Source: an uncultured Nitrospiraceae bacterium (GTDB lineage: Bacteria > Nitrospirota > Thermodesulfovibrionia > Thermodesulfovibrionales > Dissulfurispiraceae). Taken from it: 64,000 nucleotides of DNA. Positions 29,081 through 40,000 of the stretch are shown here, one piece after another. The notes beneath the pieces were generated by a model that was given only the letters and a program-made list of their open reading frames with translations, made no database searches and was not told the origin of the DNA. Position 1 is the first letter of the stretch; each line of letters opens with the position of its first letter. The position numbers were made by a program, and so were the translations under genes. Location: positions 32,001 to 96,000 of the forward strand of contig CAVPIW010000005.1 in the NCBI GenBank assembly GCA_963705105.1, given 5' to 3'.

Positions 29081-30421
29081 TTATACCCCACCGGAACTCT
29101 TCGGCAACACGATAGTGACAGTCGTCCCTTTCCCGGGCGTGCTGTCAATCCCGATCTCTCCCCCCAGTACCGAGATGAGCCTGTCGACGATGGCGAGCCC
29201 CAGGCCCGTCCCCTTCGTCTTGGTCGTGAAAAAAGGCTGGAAAATTTTACTCATCGTCTCACTGTCCATTCCACAGCCGTTGTCCCGCACGGAAAGCCGT
29301 ATCAACCGGTTTTCCTCCCCCGCATCGACGGTGATATGCCCTTCAGCGCCCACGGCATCGACGGCATTCTGGAGGACATTGACGAGGACCTGTTTGAGCT
29401 TGTCGCCGTCCGTCATCACCTGCAGGCCGGGTGGGATCATGGTCTCGATCATGACGGACGGGCCCCTCTCTTCATCGCGTTCCAGGGCCTTCAGACTCTC
29501 CGAAACGGCTTCAAGGAGATTTATCGGCCGCACGCGCACCTCTTCAGGCCTTGCGAAAAGAAGGAGGTCCCTCGTCAGCGTCTCGAGCCTCACCGATTCG
29601 TCGATGATGATGCCCAGGAACTCGCGGGCACGGGCTGCTCCTGCCCCCGCCCTGTTATCCCCGCCCATCTCCGGCCCCTGTTCCCTGCCGGTCCTTTCCA
29701 CCTGCTCGAGGATGTACTGGGCGAACCCCTTGATGCTCCCCAGGGGATTCCGTATCTCATGGGCGAGCACCGAGGCCATTTCTCCCATAATGGCGAACCT
29801 CTCCCGGGCCTCCATCCTTTTTTTCATTTCCTCCGCATTTCGCAAAGCCCTCATAAAGAAATACCCGATGAGCCAGAGGAGGCTGAGGAGGATCATCACG
29901 GTGACGACCTGCACCCTCGCCTGCCGCACAATCTCCTCGACGGGATAGGTATGCAGGGAAACTCTCAGGATCATGGCGGCGTTTTCCGGAGAGACGGGAT
30001 AATCGAGAACGAAGACCCTCTCACCCGTTCCGAGGGTCATATAGGAGACAACGGGATCACCCTTTCCGACCGTCTCAGTGAAACCTTTGTCTGTGATCTT
30101 TCTGCCGACGAGGTTCTCGTTGGAGTGAAGGACCGTCAATCCCCGATCGTCATAGAGGGCGACAAAGCCGATACCGGCCCAGGTGCCTTTGCGGAGGATG
30201 TCGCTGAAGATGTTGTCACGGTCCCTGATCGCCCTTCCCAGCGACGGTTCGAGACTCGCCGCCACGGCGAGGGCCTGCAGCCTGAGGGCCTCCTCTGCGG
30301 CCTTCCGCGCGTTTGTATATGTGAAAAGAGTGTTCAGGATCGTCACGACCGAGGCGGCTGTCACGATCACCAGGAGATAGCCGCGGCTTCCCGCCGAAAA
30401 TGACTCCTTCAGGCTCTTCAT
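29081..30421 (-). CDS. Membrane sensor histidine kinase (ZraS-like)
   Basis: Two TM segments, LAHEIRNPL, DNGCG, GTGLGL. Confidence 0.92.
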   Translation of the reverse strand: MKSLKESFSAGSRGYLLVIVTAASVVTILNTLFTYTNARKAAEEALRLQALAVAASLEPSLGRAIRDRDNIFSDILRKGTWAGIGFVALYDDRGLTVLHSNENLVGRKITDKGFTETVGKGDPVVSYMTLGTGERVFVLDYPVSPENAAMILRVSLHTYPVEEIVRQARVQVVTVMILLSLLWLIGYFFMRALRNAEEMKKRMEARERFAIMGEMASVLAHEIRNPLGSIKGFAQYILEQVERTGREQGPEMGGDNRAGAGAARAREFLGIIIDESVRLETLTRDLLLFARPEEVRVRPINLLEAVSESLKALERDEERGPSVMIETMIPPGLQVMTDGDKLKQVLVNVLQNAVDAVGAEGHITVDAGEENRLIRLSVRDNGCGMDSETMSKIFQPFFTTKTKGTGLGLAIVDRLISVLGGEIGIDSTPGKGTTVTIVLPKSSGGV

Positions 30422-30480
30422 ACCTGATTATACCGTATCGGGATCTGTGATGACGTGAAAGCGCCCTGACGGACGCACCG

Positions 30481-30511
30481 AAAAAAAAGGCGGCTGCCAT
30501 CGGCAGCCGCC
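30481..30511 (-). terminator. Rho-independent terminator after porin-like gene
   Basis: GGCGGCTGCC-GAT-GGCAGCCGCC followed by T8. Confidence 0.9.
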
Positions 30512-30536
30512 TGTGTTTCAGGTTTCCCTGATGGTC

Positions 30537-31919
30537 TTAGAAGTTGAGCTGGATACCGTGCCTGATGGCATAGGCATCATCCGGATCGTTGGCGTCTCCG
30601 GTGACGGCCTTCCAGAACTTGCCGGCAAAGAGGTAGCCGCCCTCAACCCAGTACTTCAGGTTCCTGTCGATCTGGTAGGTGAACTTTGCGTCGAGTTCCG
30701 TTCCGATCGACCTGCTGTCCGTGGTGTTCGCGAACCCGTACGGGTTGTTCGTGTCGATCTTCTTCACGGCCTGGATGTAGAAGAGGCCGAGGTCCATGTT
30801 GAGGTTCTTCATCAGGTCGGCGTTGACGCCGAGCTTTCCGTACCACGCATTCGTGAGACCGCCGAAATTCTCGTTCGCGGCGTTCCTCGTGCGGTACTCA
30901 TACACGTAGGTGAAGTGCGGGTCTGCGCCGAGGCTGGTGATGAAGCTCTTGTTCTCGTCGTCGGTCGCGTTGCTATCACCACTGCCGTAGGCGAAGTCGA
31001 TGCTGATTTTCACCGGTGCGATGGTGAAGAATGCGCCGATCATGCCGCCGTAGCCTTTGAAGTCCGTCGTCCTGCCGTCGGGGGCCTCGTCCTCACCCAT
31101 CTGGAAGTTGATGTCGCCCTTGAACCCGATGCCGGAAATGTTGACGCCGCCGTTCAGGCCGAAGTTCCAAAGGTCTGCGCTCCTGCCGGCAACGCCTGCG
31201 AACCTGCTGTCATTGACATAGGACACGTTCAAATTGGCGTTCCACTCTTTGTCCTTGTAGCCCGCATAAAACAGATAGGCGTCTGCGTCATCGGAGAAGT
31301 TCGCGTTGTTCTCGGCAAGCTTCACGGTGAGGGCGCCGATCTCAAGGTTCTTCATCGGCTCGATGAAGAGCAGGAGAGCGTCGTCACCGAATTTCCGGTG
31401 ATCATAGAAGAGACCCATCGCCTGGATGACGGGCATGTGACCGACCTTGAGGCCGGCGGGAATGCCGAAGAGACCCGAGCCCTTGTGCTGAATCCAGGCC
31501 TCGAGGATGTTCAGGCTGGTGGCCTTCTGATTGCCTGCCTTGTACTCGCCCGTGGCGCGGCTGGTGTTGCTGCCCCAGGTGTAAAGGTCCTGTGAAAGAG
31601 AGTCGAGGTTGTTGTTCACAGACTCGAGGTGGATCCTGCCGGATGTGTTCGGCGTCACCTGTGCGTCGATCTGGAGCCTTACCCTCTGGTCCCAGGCTGC
31701 GTTGTGGTCGTCGCCGGCCGGTCCGTCATCCTGGAAATCACCGTTATTGCTCCTGTACTCACCCCTTGTCCTGATCTCACCACCGATGGTGATCTGTGTC
31801 TGCCCCTTTGCGACGACTGCCTGAGTCTCCGACGGGATCTCGGCATGGATCGCGAAGGCGCTGGCCGCAAAGCCGAAGACCAGCAACATCCCTAAGACTA
31901 CTGCCAATGATTTTTTCAC
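30537..31919 (-). CDS. Outer-membrane beta-barrel protein (alginate-export/porin-like)
   Basis: Signal peptide ending AFA, amphipathic strands, IGTELD, C-terminal Phe. Confidence 0.85.
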   Translation of the reverse strand: MKKSLAVVLGMLLVFGFAASAFAIHAEIPSETQAVVAKGQTQITIGGEIRTRGEYRSNNGDFQDDGPAGDDHNAAWDQRVRLQIDAQVTPNTSGRIHLESVNNNLDSLSQDLYTWGSNTSRATGEYKAGNQKATSLNILEAWIQHKGSGLFGIPAGLKVGHMPVIQAMGLFYDHRKFGDDALLLFIEPMKNLEIGALTVKLAENNANFSDDADAYLFYAGYKDKEWNANLNVSYVNDSRFAGVAGRSADLWNFGLNGGVNISGIGFKGDINFQMGEDEAPDGRTTDFKGYGGMIGAFFTIAPVKISIDFAYGSGDSNATDDENKSFITSLGADPHFTYVYEYRTRNAANENFGGLTNAWYGKLGVNADLMKNLNMDLGLFYIQAVKKIDTNNPYGFANTTDSRSIGTELDAKFTYQIDRNLKYWVEGGYLFAGKFWKAVTGDANDPDDAYAIRHGIQLNF

Positions 31920-32065
31920 TTCCTAACCCTCCTTGAGTTAGTTCAGCATTAATCCGCCAAGGGCGGACTGAGAATCGTGCCCTGTTTTATAGCACGACGC
32001 CTCTCATTTGTCAAGCGGAAAATGGCCATCCTCATCGGCATGGCTCTTTTCACAATTTTAAATTG

Positions 32066-32081
32066 AGCAAGTTCCTTGCCA
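32066..32081 (-). promoter_or_regulatory. Sigma-54 (-24/-12) promoter of porin-like gene
   Basis: TGGCAA-GGAAC-TTGCT on the minus strand ~150 bp upstream of the start. Confidence 0.65.
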
Positions 32082-32183
32082 ATGGCAAATAGCCGACAAT
32101 TCAATGAGTTCTTATTTCCGCTTCCGCAGCTTCCTGTGGCTGTTCTGCAACAGGTGTGAATAAGAGTAACAGTCGTCTTCCTC

Positions 32184-33485
32184 CTATCCCCTGCCCACGG
32201 CGACGTACCGGAACCCCCTGGCCTTCATCCTTTCGGGGTCATAGATGTTCCTGAGATCGAAGAAGCAGGGCTGCCGCAGGAGGGAGAGGACCCTGTCAAG
32301 GTCAAGATTCCTGAACTGGTTCCATTCCGTGACGATGACCACGGCATCGGCGGACGTGCAGGCGTCATAGGCATCGGCACAGTACATTATATCCGGGAGG
32401 ACCGCCTTCGTGTTCTCCATCGCCACGGGGTCGTAGGCCCTGATCAATGCCCCTTCCCTCGTGAGTTGCTCGATGATCGACAGAGCCGGCGCCTCCCGGA
32501 TGTCGTCGGTGTTGGGCTTGAAAGAAAGACCCAGGACAGCCAGCGTCAGCCCCCTGAGTTCACCCAGAGACTGCCCTATCTTGCCGACCACCCAGGCGAT
32601 CTGACGTTCGTTCGCCGCGATGGCCGCCTGCACCACGCCGAGTTCCACGCCGTGATCATGGCCGATGCTCACAAGGGCGCGCGTGTCCTTGGGAAAGCAG
32701 GACCCGCCGAAACCAGGGCCGGCGTGGAGGAATTTCGAGCCGATCCTGTTGTCGAGTCCCATCCCCCTGGCGACGAGTTTCACGTCGGCGCCGACCTTTT
32801 CACAGAGGACCGCCATCTCGTTGATGAACGATACCTTCGTCGCCAGAAAGGAATTGGAGGCGTATTTGATCAGCTCCGACGTCTCGATGTTCGTGATGAC
32901 AAAAGGCGTCTCGATGAGGTAGAGCGGCCGGTACAGGTCCCTCATGATCGCCACGGCCTGCTGGCTTCGCGCGCCGATGACGACCCGGTTGGGCCGCATG
33001 AAGTCCTCGATCGCCGATCCTTCCCGGAGGAATTCGGGGTTCGAAACGATGTCGAAATCAGCCTCTTCGACCCGCTGTTCGGCGATGATGGACCGTATCT
33101 TCTCCCCCGTTCCCACGGGCACGGTGCTCTTCGTGACGATGACCTTGTATTCATGCATGTGGTGAGCGATCTCGCGGGCCACGCCTTCCACATAGGCAAG
33201 ATCGGCCGACCCGTCGCCCCGTGGGGGTGTCCCGACGGCGATGAAGATGACGAGGGACTCACTGACGGCCTCCCCGATGTTGGTGGTGAATTTGAGCCGT
33301 CCCTCCCGGACATTCCTCATGACGATCTCCGACAGGCCCGGCTCGTAGAAGGGGATGACGCCGTTTTTCAGGCTTTCGATCTTGGCGGCGTCCCTGTCGA
33401 CGCAGGTGACGAAGACGCCGAATTCGGCAAAACAGGCCCCGGTGACAAGCCCCACGTATCCTGATCCGATAATGGCGATATGCAC
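32184..33485 (-). CDS. ugd: UDP-glucose 6-dehydrogenase
   Basis: GSGYVG, KSTVP, NPEFLREG, GGSCFPKD. Confidence 0.95.
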   Translation of the reverse strand: MHIAIIGSGYVGLVTGACFAEFGVFVTCVDRDAAKIESLKNGVIPFYEPGLSEIVMRNVREGRLKFTTNIGEAVSESLVIFIAVGTPPRGDGSADLAYVEGVAREIAHHMHEYKVIVTKSTVPVGTGEKIRSIIAEQRVEEADFDIVSNPEFLREGSAIEDFMRPNRVVIGARSQQAVAIMRDLYRPLYLIETPFVITNIETSELIKYASNSFLATKVSFINEMAVLCEKVGADVKLVARGMGLDNRIGSKFLHAGPGFGGSCFPKDTRALVSIGHDHGVELGVVQAAIAANERQIAWVVGKIGQSLGELRGLTLAVLGLSFKPNTDDIREAPALSIIEQLTREGALIRAYDPVAMENTKAVLPDIMYCADAYDACTSADAVVIVTEWNQFRNLDLDRVLSLLRQPCFFDLRNIYDPERMKARGFRYVAVGRG

Positions 33486-33593
33486 GTAAAACCTCCTTAC
33501 GGTCGTGTTTTGATGGTTACTCTGTATTCATCCAAACTTACAACGGGATCTTGAAAACGAGGATAGGATTTTGTTTCCGAGGCATAACCTTGC

Positions 33594-33714
33594 AGTTGCA
33601 CAAAAAGGCGGGGCGAAGCGCTTCAAATCCTTGCCTTCCCGGAGACGCGCCACCTTCAGCGTAGCCCTGAGGCGCATTCACCCCAACCCCGCCTTTCCGG
33701 ATGGCGTATGCAAC
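33594..33714. repeat. Short family A inverted-repeat element
   Basis: GTTGCACAAAAAGGCGGGGCG ... CCCCGCCTTTCCGGATGGCGTATGCAAC. Confidence 0.78.
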
Positions 33715-33726
33715 GAAAAGGATACT

Positions 33727-34284
33727 TCACCGACCCGCAAGGATCTCCCTGAAGCAGGGCGAGTCCCTGAGGTTGTCGTAGGTCTTCGATGTCCTGATGT
33801 ACGCCCAGTTGTTGTATCCCTTCTCGATGGCCCGTTTCAGCCACGTGCAGGCGCCCGCAACGTCTTTCCGGGCCGCGCAGAGTTCCGACATGCTGTTCAG
33901 GGCGAAGATGTTGCACGGACTGATCTCGATGGCCTTCCGTATATCCCGCTCCGCCTGCCCGTCATCGCCCATGAGGAGATGGAGAAATCCCCTGTTGTTG
34001 TATGCCATGTCGCTTTCGGGGTCGAGGTCGATGGCCCTGTTGTAATCGCTGAGCGCGAGGTCGTAGAAGCCCTTCTTCTGGTAGGCGATTCCCCTGTTGA
34101 TATAGGCAAGGGCGAACCGGGGATTCAGGCCTATAGCCTTGTTGTAGTCCGCCAGCGCCAGGTCGACGCTGCCCCTTTTCTGGTAGACATTCCCTCTGTT
34201 GTTGTACGCCCTGTAATCGAGCGGATTCGTCCTGATGATCTTCGTGTAACGGGCGATCGCCAGTTCGTCCTTGTCTCTTTTCAC
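33727..34284 (-). CDS. Tetratricopeptide repeat protein
   Basis: Repeated AYNNRG...AL.DYN.AI.L.P units. Confidence 0.9.
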   Translation of the reverse strand: MKRDKDELAIARYTKIIRTNPLDYRAYNNRGNVYQKRGSVDLALADYNKAIGLNPRFALAYINRGIAYQKKGFYDLALSDYNRAIDLDPESDMAYNNRGFLHLLMGDDGQAERDIRKAIEISPCNIFALNSMSELCAARKDVAGACTWLKRAIEKGYNNWAYIRTSKTYDNLRDSPCFREILAGR

Positions 34285-34362
34285 GGCACCGTGTCTCCAG
34301 GGATTTATTTATTCTATTTTCGCTTTTTTTTGTTTCACTTGCAAGCAACTACTGTGTTGCAG

Positions 34363-36787
34363 TTATTCGACGACGATGTCGATCGCATCCCCGCGGCCGT
34401 CGGGCCCGGCGGCGATGATGGAATGCCTTCCCCGCGTCATGGACCATAGCGTATGGAACGGAGGGCCGGCCCTCGCGATATGCTTTCCGTCAACGTACCA
34501 GTCGACATGCTCAACGGGTCTCCCGGCAACGGCTTCGAGCCTGACGGGCGGACCGGCGCCCCGGTCCGTCATGAAGCGGTCGCGGTGCAGCGGGTATGTG
34601 ATGCGCACCCCGCTGCCGGGACCGGGAACACTCCCGTGTTGAGAAAACGTTTCCTGCTAGGAGACCGGCACGACTTCGTCCCGGAGGCATTGCCTTTCCT
34701 GCGCCGCCGGCTTCCGCAGTCCGTGCGGAACTCCCTGCAAGGCGGACGTTTCCTGATGATTCGGCCGGAGAATAACCGTCTTGGAAGAGTGCGTCCAGGT
34801 CACGACCGAAACCTGCGAGGCGGTAGCTCAGCACTGATCTTTTGAGATGTTTCACCGAGAGCCACCCCGCATAGGAGACGGGCAGGTCGTGATAGAAGCG
34901 TTCGCTGTCATGAAACGAGCAGGTCCCGGCAGGTTCCGTTCCCCTGATAAAGAGTTCCCTTGTCGTGTATGAACAGGAGGCGCCGGGGAGCATGCCCGAT
35001 ATGCCGCAGACGGTCACGGTATGCACATGCGGCGGTTTCTGGCGGGCCGGAGGCGATACTCCCCGGTAGAGGAGCATCATGATGTCCTTCAGGATCGGCG
35101 CGGCTCCGGACGCGCCGCTGAGCTGTGCCGTCGGCGAGCCGTCGAAGTTCCCCACCCAGACGCCGACGGTGTATTCAGGCGTGTATCCGATCGCCCAGCC
35201 GTCACGAAATCGCGTGCTCGTGCCCGTCTTGACTGACATTCTGAAGGGAAGATCCATGGCATTGATGGTCCCGAAGGTGAGTGTCCTTGCCGAGGCATCG
35301 GAGAGAATGTCCGACACGATGTAGGCCGTCTCGGCGCTGAAGAGGAGAGCCGCATTCCCCTTTTCTTCGTCCATCAGGTAACGGAGAGGCCTGCTGACAC
35401 CACCGTTGGCGAGCACGGCATAGGCCGTCGCGAGATGTTCAAGGCTGACCTCCATGTTTCCGATGACGATGCCGAGCCCGTAGTGCTCGGGGCCCGGGTC
35501 CGTTCTTTTTATGAGGCCGATATGCCGGAGTATCTCGTAAAACCGACCGCCCTCCATCGCCTCGAGCATCTTGACGGCCGATATGTTCAGCGAGCTTCCG
35601 AGGGCGAGTCTCATCGTCACCGGGCCATACTCCCTGCGGTCGAAATTGTCGGGAGAGTAATGTCCCGCTGCAGCGGGGTATTTCCTCAGCGTGTCCTCAA
35701 GGAGGGAAGAGACGGTGAATCCTTCTTCGAGGGCCTGGGCGTACAGAAAAGGCTTGACCGTCGAACCGGCCGAACGGAAGGCTGTCGTTCCGTTGTTGAA
35801 ACCGCCGTGCCTGCTCGAATAGGAAAGGGAGCCCACCGATGCGATTACCTCCATGGTGGGATTGTGGATGATGAGGGCGGCGGCCTGGGAGGCCCCTCTC
35901 GACAGAAGCCGCCGGCCGTGGGAGGAGAGAATGCGCTCCGTCTCCTGCTGAAGACCGAGATCGACCGTTGTCACGACCGGGCCGGAGGACGGCGATCGCC
36001 GGGCCAGGAGCATGTCGATGAAATGGGGAGCATGATTGGGGAAACGCGGCTTCTCCCGGAAGGCGATCTCCTGGGCCAGGGCGTTCTTGAGACTTTCTTC
36101 ATCGAGAAAGCCCAGTTCTGCCATCCTGAAAAGGACGGCGTTCTTTTTCTGCATCAGCAGAGGCCCGTTCTTGCCGTAAGGATTGAGCATCGTCGGCGCC
36201 CTCGGCAGGGCGGCAAGGACGGCGGCCTCGGCCGCCGTCAACTCCCGTGCATGTTTGCCGAAATAGACCTGTGACGCGAGTTCGACGCCTGCTACATTGT
36301 TTCCCATGGGAATGCGGTTGAGATACTGCTCGAGGATCTCCTCTTTTGACAGCTCCGATTCGAGCTGCACGCTCCGCAGGATTTCGGCGAGCTTCGCCCC
36401 GTAGGACCTCTCCTGCGGATAGATCATGCGGACGACCTGCTGCGAGATCGTCGACGCGCCCGAGACGACCCTGCCTGCACGGAGATTGTCCCTGAGCGCC
36501 CTCATGATGGCGAGAAAGTCGAAGCCTCCGTGTCTGTAAAACCGGGCGTCCTCGGCGGCGATAAAGGCATGCTTGACCACGTCCTGGATTTCCCTTCCGG
36601 AGACCCAGATGTGCCGCTCTCCCCCTTCGCCCGGGGAAAACCGCAGGAGCCTGCCCGTGCGATCGAGGAAAATCCCGTTGTCCTGGAGACGGATTGCTTC
36701 CCTGCTGAAATCGGCCTCGCCGGCCTCAAGAAGGGAGGATCCGGGACAGAGGATCAGGGCAATAAAAAGCAGCACAGCCGCCCACAT
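34363..36787 (-). CDS. pbpC: Penicillin-binding protein 1C with frameshifted C-terminal domain
   Basis: EDARF, GASTISQQ, GSTVKP, SLN, KTGTS; C-terminal Ig-like part (34363..34608) in another frame; next to alpha-2-macroglobulin. Confidence 0.85.
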
Positions 36788-36790
36788 TGG

Positions 36791-36990
36791 TCGGAACCAG
36801 ACCACGAACACCCGGACGGGGAGGCTGATGTGGTGAAAAGCCTTTCCGCTAAGATACCTCATTCATCACCAGATCACACTTTGCCGTGTCCATCGATACC
36901 AGAAGCCCGTCAGGCAGAGGGCGCTGAACACCTGGAGATGTCTCATCATCGCATTGGAAAGGCTTTGAACCATATCTGCCTCCCCGGTGG
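36791..36990. repeat. MITE-like element (family B), copy 2
   Basis: Similar to 12536-12736, same orientation. Confidence 0.8.
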
Positions 36991-37041
36991 CGATATTATA
37001 AGTGGGGCGCTTCGCCTTGCCTTTCCATGCACCGTTGCTGT

Positions 37042-40000
37042 TCACTCCCTTGCCTTGACGACGAACTTGCCCGCCGGTGTGTATGAGACGACGTCCGGTT
37101 CGTACATGAGCTGGACCTTTGTCGGGGGCAGGACGAATTCGCCCTCGCAGACGGCGCGGGCGTAATAGGCATACTGATATGTGCCCTTCCAGGCCTGGTT
37201 CCTGAAGGCGAGCACCCGGTCGTCCCGCAGCTCGAAATGGTTCGGCATGAACCGGTAGAACCGGCCCTCGTAATCCCAGATTTCACCGGCCTGTCCTCCT
37301 TCACCTCCGTCCGGTCCGACACGCTCTTCCGTCTCGATGGCGGTGTTGATCGCCACGAGGCCCGCCGGCAGGGGGTCATCGAGGACGATGTACGGCGAGT
37401 CATCGTCTATCTCCATATCGATCTTCACCTTGACGACGTCTCCCACCCTGATCGTCGGCGAACCGTCGATCTGCTCGATCGTCTTCCGGATTTTGAAACC
37501 TTTCGTGTATCCGCTCTGCGCGTAATCGATCCTGGGGTATGAGATGGTCAGGAGGGCGAGCGCCTCCTGCTCGTCGTCGACGGTGACATGAACGGAGGGA
37601 TTCTTCAGAAAGAGCGGCCCATCAAGCTCGTGGACGAACGTCTCCTTCGGACCGATGACGGCGGACAGGTCCTCCGCGCCTGCCTGTTCAACGGTTACGC
37701 CGAAGGGTTCCCGGGCAAAACGGGCGTCCTTGAAATATTCACCGAGGGCGACGAGGGCCCATCCCGTATCGCTCGTCGACGTCCAGAACCCACGCCTGTC
37801 GAGCCCTGCAAGGAGCTGTCCCGCCGTCCTGCCCGTGACGGGGTCGTCTTTCATGAAGACGGACCCTGCGAGCAGGGCGATGGCAGGCTCACGGTAACGG
37901 GCCGAAAAGCTGGGCCTTCCCGCTTTCGTCCCCTTCTTCTCGATCAAAGCCCTCACAGGCTCCGTGAGCTGACTGTCAGGGATCTGGGAACCGTAGTGGG
38001 CGGCGAGGAGCACCAGGAGCGCGCCTTCCCGGCTCATCCCGCCGAGCCCCTTGTGGACTTCCCTGAAAAGGGGCACGTCGAGACGGCCGTTGAGGGCCAG
38101 CAGATAGAGCACATAGCCCCTGAACGTGCTGTCCTGTTTCCCCTCCTCGCGCGCAGCATACGTCAAATAATCGAGAGCCTTCATCATCCTCTCCGCCGGG
38201 ACGTCCATGCCGGACCTCTTCGCAAAGGTGAGCGCCGCCGTCGCGTAAACGGATCCCCACAGGTCCGTCTCACGGCTTCCCGGCCAGTAGCTGAAGCCGC
38301 CCCTGTCGGTCTGCATCGACAGCAGACGGTCTATCCCGGGCTTGAGGAATTTGTCAGTCTCCTGGACGGTGATATCGGGGATGTTCCCTGCCGCGATGAG
38401 ACTCCGCAGGGCCGAGAGCGGAATGATCCCCGAACTGGTCTGTTCGACGCATCCGTAGGGATAGGTGAGCAGGTACTGCAGCGCCTTCGTCATCCGCAGG
38501 AAGGGCGAGCCGGAGACGGTGAGGGTGACCTTCACATCCTCCGGGGCGGGTCTCGTCCCGGGCTTCATAACCGTTTCGGGAAAGGCATAATCCATTTGCC
38601 CTTCTCCCGTGAAGGAACGGAGGACCATGTCGCTCCAGGCCTGATACTGTGACCTGACGGGAACGGCGAGGGCGACGTCATCCCTTTCGCCGCCGAAGAC
38701 GCCGCCGAAGCGGAGGGATGCGACGCCTGTCTTCAACGCCTCTCCGTTAACCCTCACGAATTGCCTGTCCTGGGCATTCATGGTGAACCCCGTCTTCTCC
38801 GGAGAGAGTTTCGCGTGGTCGTCACCGGCTGCCGAGAATATCCCTTCTCCCGCTTTCTCCGTCTTGTTGAAGGCGGCGACGGAGAAGGCGAACCTGTCGC
38901 CCTTTGTGAGGAACCGGGGCAATCCCGGCTCGATGTAGAAATCCTTCACCACCCTCAGGCCCCTGCTGAAGGACGCGAACTGATCGGTCTTGTCACAGGC
39001 GACGACATAGACGCGATAGGTCGTCATCGTGTCGGGGAGCCTGAAGGTCACCGTCGCCCTGCCGTTTCCATCGGTCCTGAGACCGAGATTGCAGTATGCG
39101 ACGGGCCTGAAGTCCTTTCGCACCGTGTCGGCCGGCGCATCGACGCCCTCCCCTCCGCCGCCTCCGGTGAGACGCTCGTTCTTTATGAGTCGGAACGGCG
39201 TCTGCCTCAGGAGATCGGACCGCATGTCCCCCGTGAACACCGACAAGGGCGCGGAAAACTTCGTGAGCGTCTCCAGGGACGGTGTCTTGAAGCCCGTCAG
39301 GGCGAGGACGCTCTCATCGACGACACAGAGGGTCATCTCCGCCTCCCGCCCCTTCCCGGTGCTGTCAAATGCGGACACCCTCAGCGTGAATTCCCCGGAG
39401 GGTCTGGCGACAAGCTCGGGCTGGTCCTCGTTCACCTTGACGGAGAGCTGCTTCACCTGCCGCTTGATCGTCACATTGACGGCGCCGAAGAGAAATGCCG
39501 GCGCCTGCTCGTCGAACTGACCCGTGTAGGACGGGAATTCGCCCCTCGGAACGATGCCGAGAAAGGAAAGGTACACGTTGGGCTCAAACGATTTGTCCAC
39601 GGGGATCTCGACGTAGGACCTGCCGGGGGTGAGCGTCACGGTGCGGTGCTGAAGGATGCCGTCCCGTTCGACCGTCATGAGCAGGGACGAGATCTTCCGG
39701 TGCGGTTTCAGGAAGATCTTCATCGTTTCTCCCTGCCCGTACTCCGCCCTTTCCGCCGCAACTGCGAGCCGTTCGAAGGTCCTTTCCCTGCTCTCGTACT
39801 CGTACCCGTAAAAGTATCCTTCCACATTGAAAGGGGTGCTCGACGAGTAGAGCCGCCCGTCCTTGTCCTTATAGATAAACTTGACGAGATAGGCGCCGCC
39901 GTTCATGAAGTCGAATTCGAACGTCGCCGTGCCGCCTTCCACGGAAACGACCGATGACAGCTGCATCTGGTAGACTTCCCGGTCGTCCCAGTAGACATTG

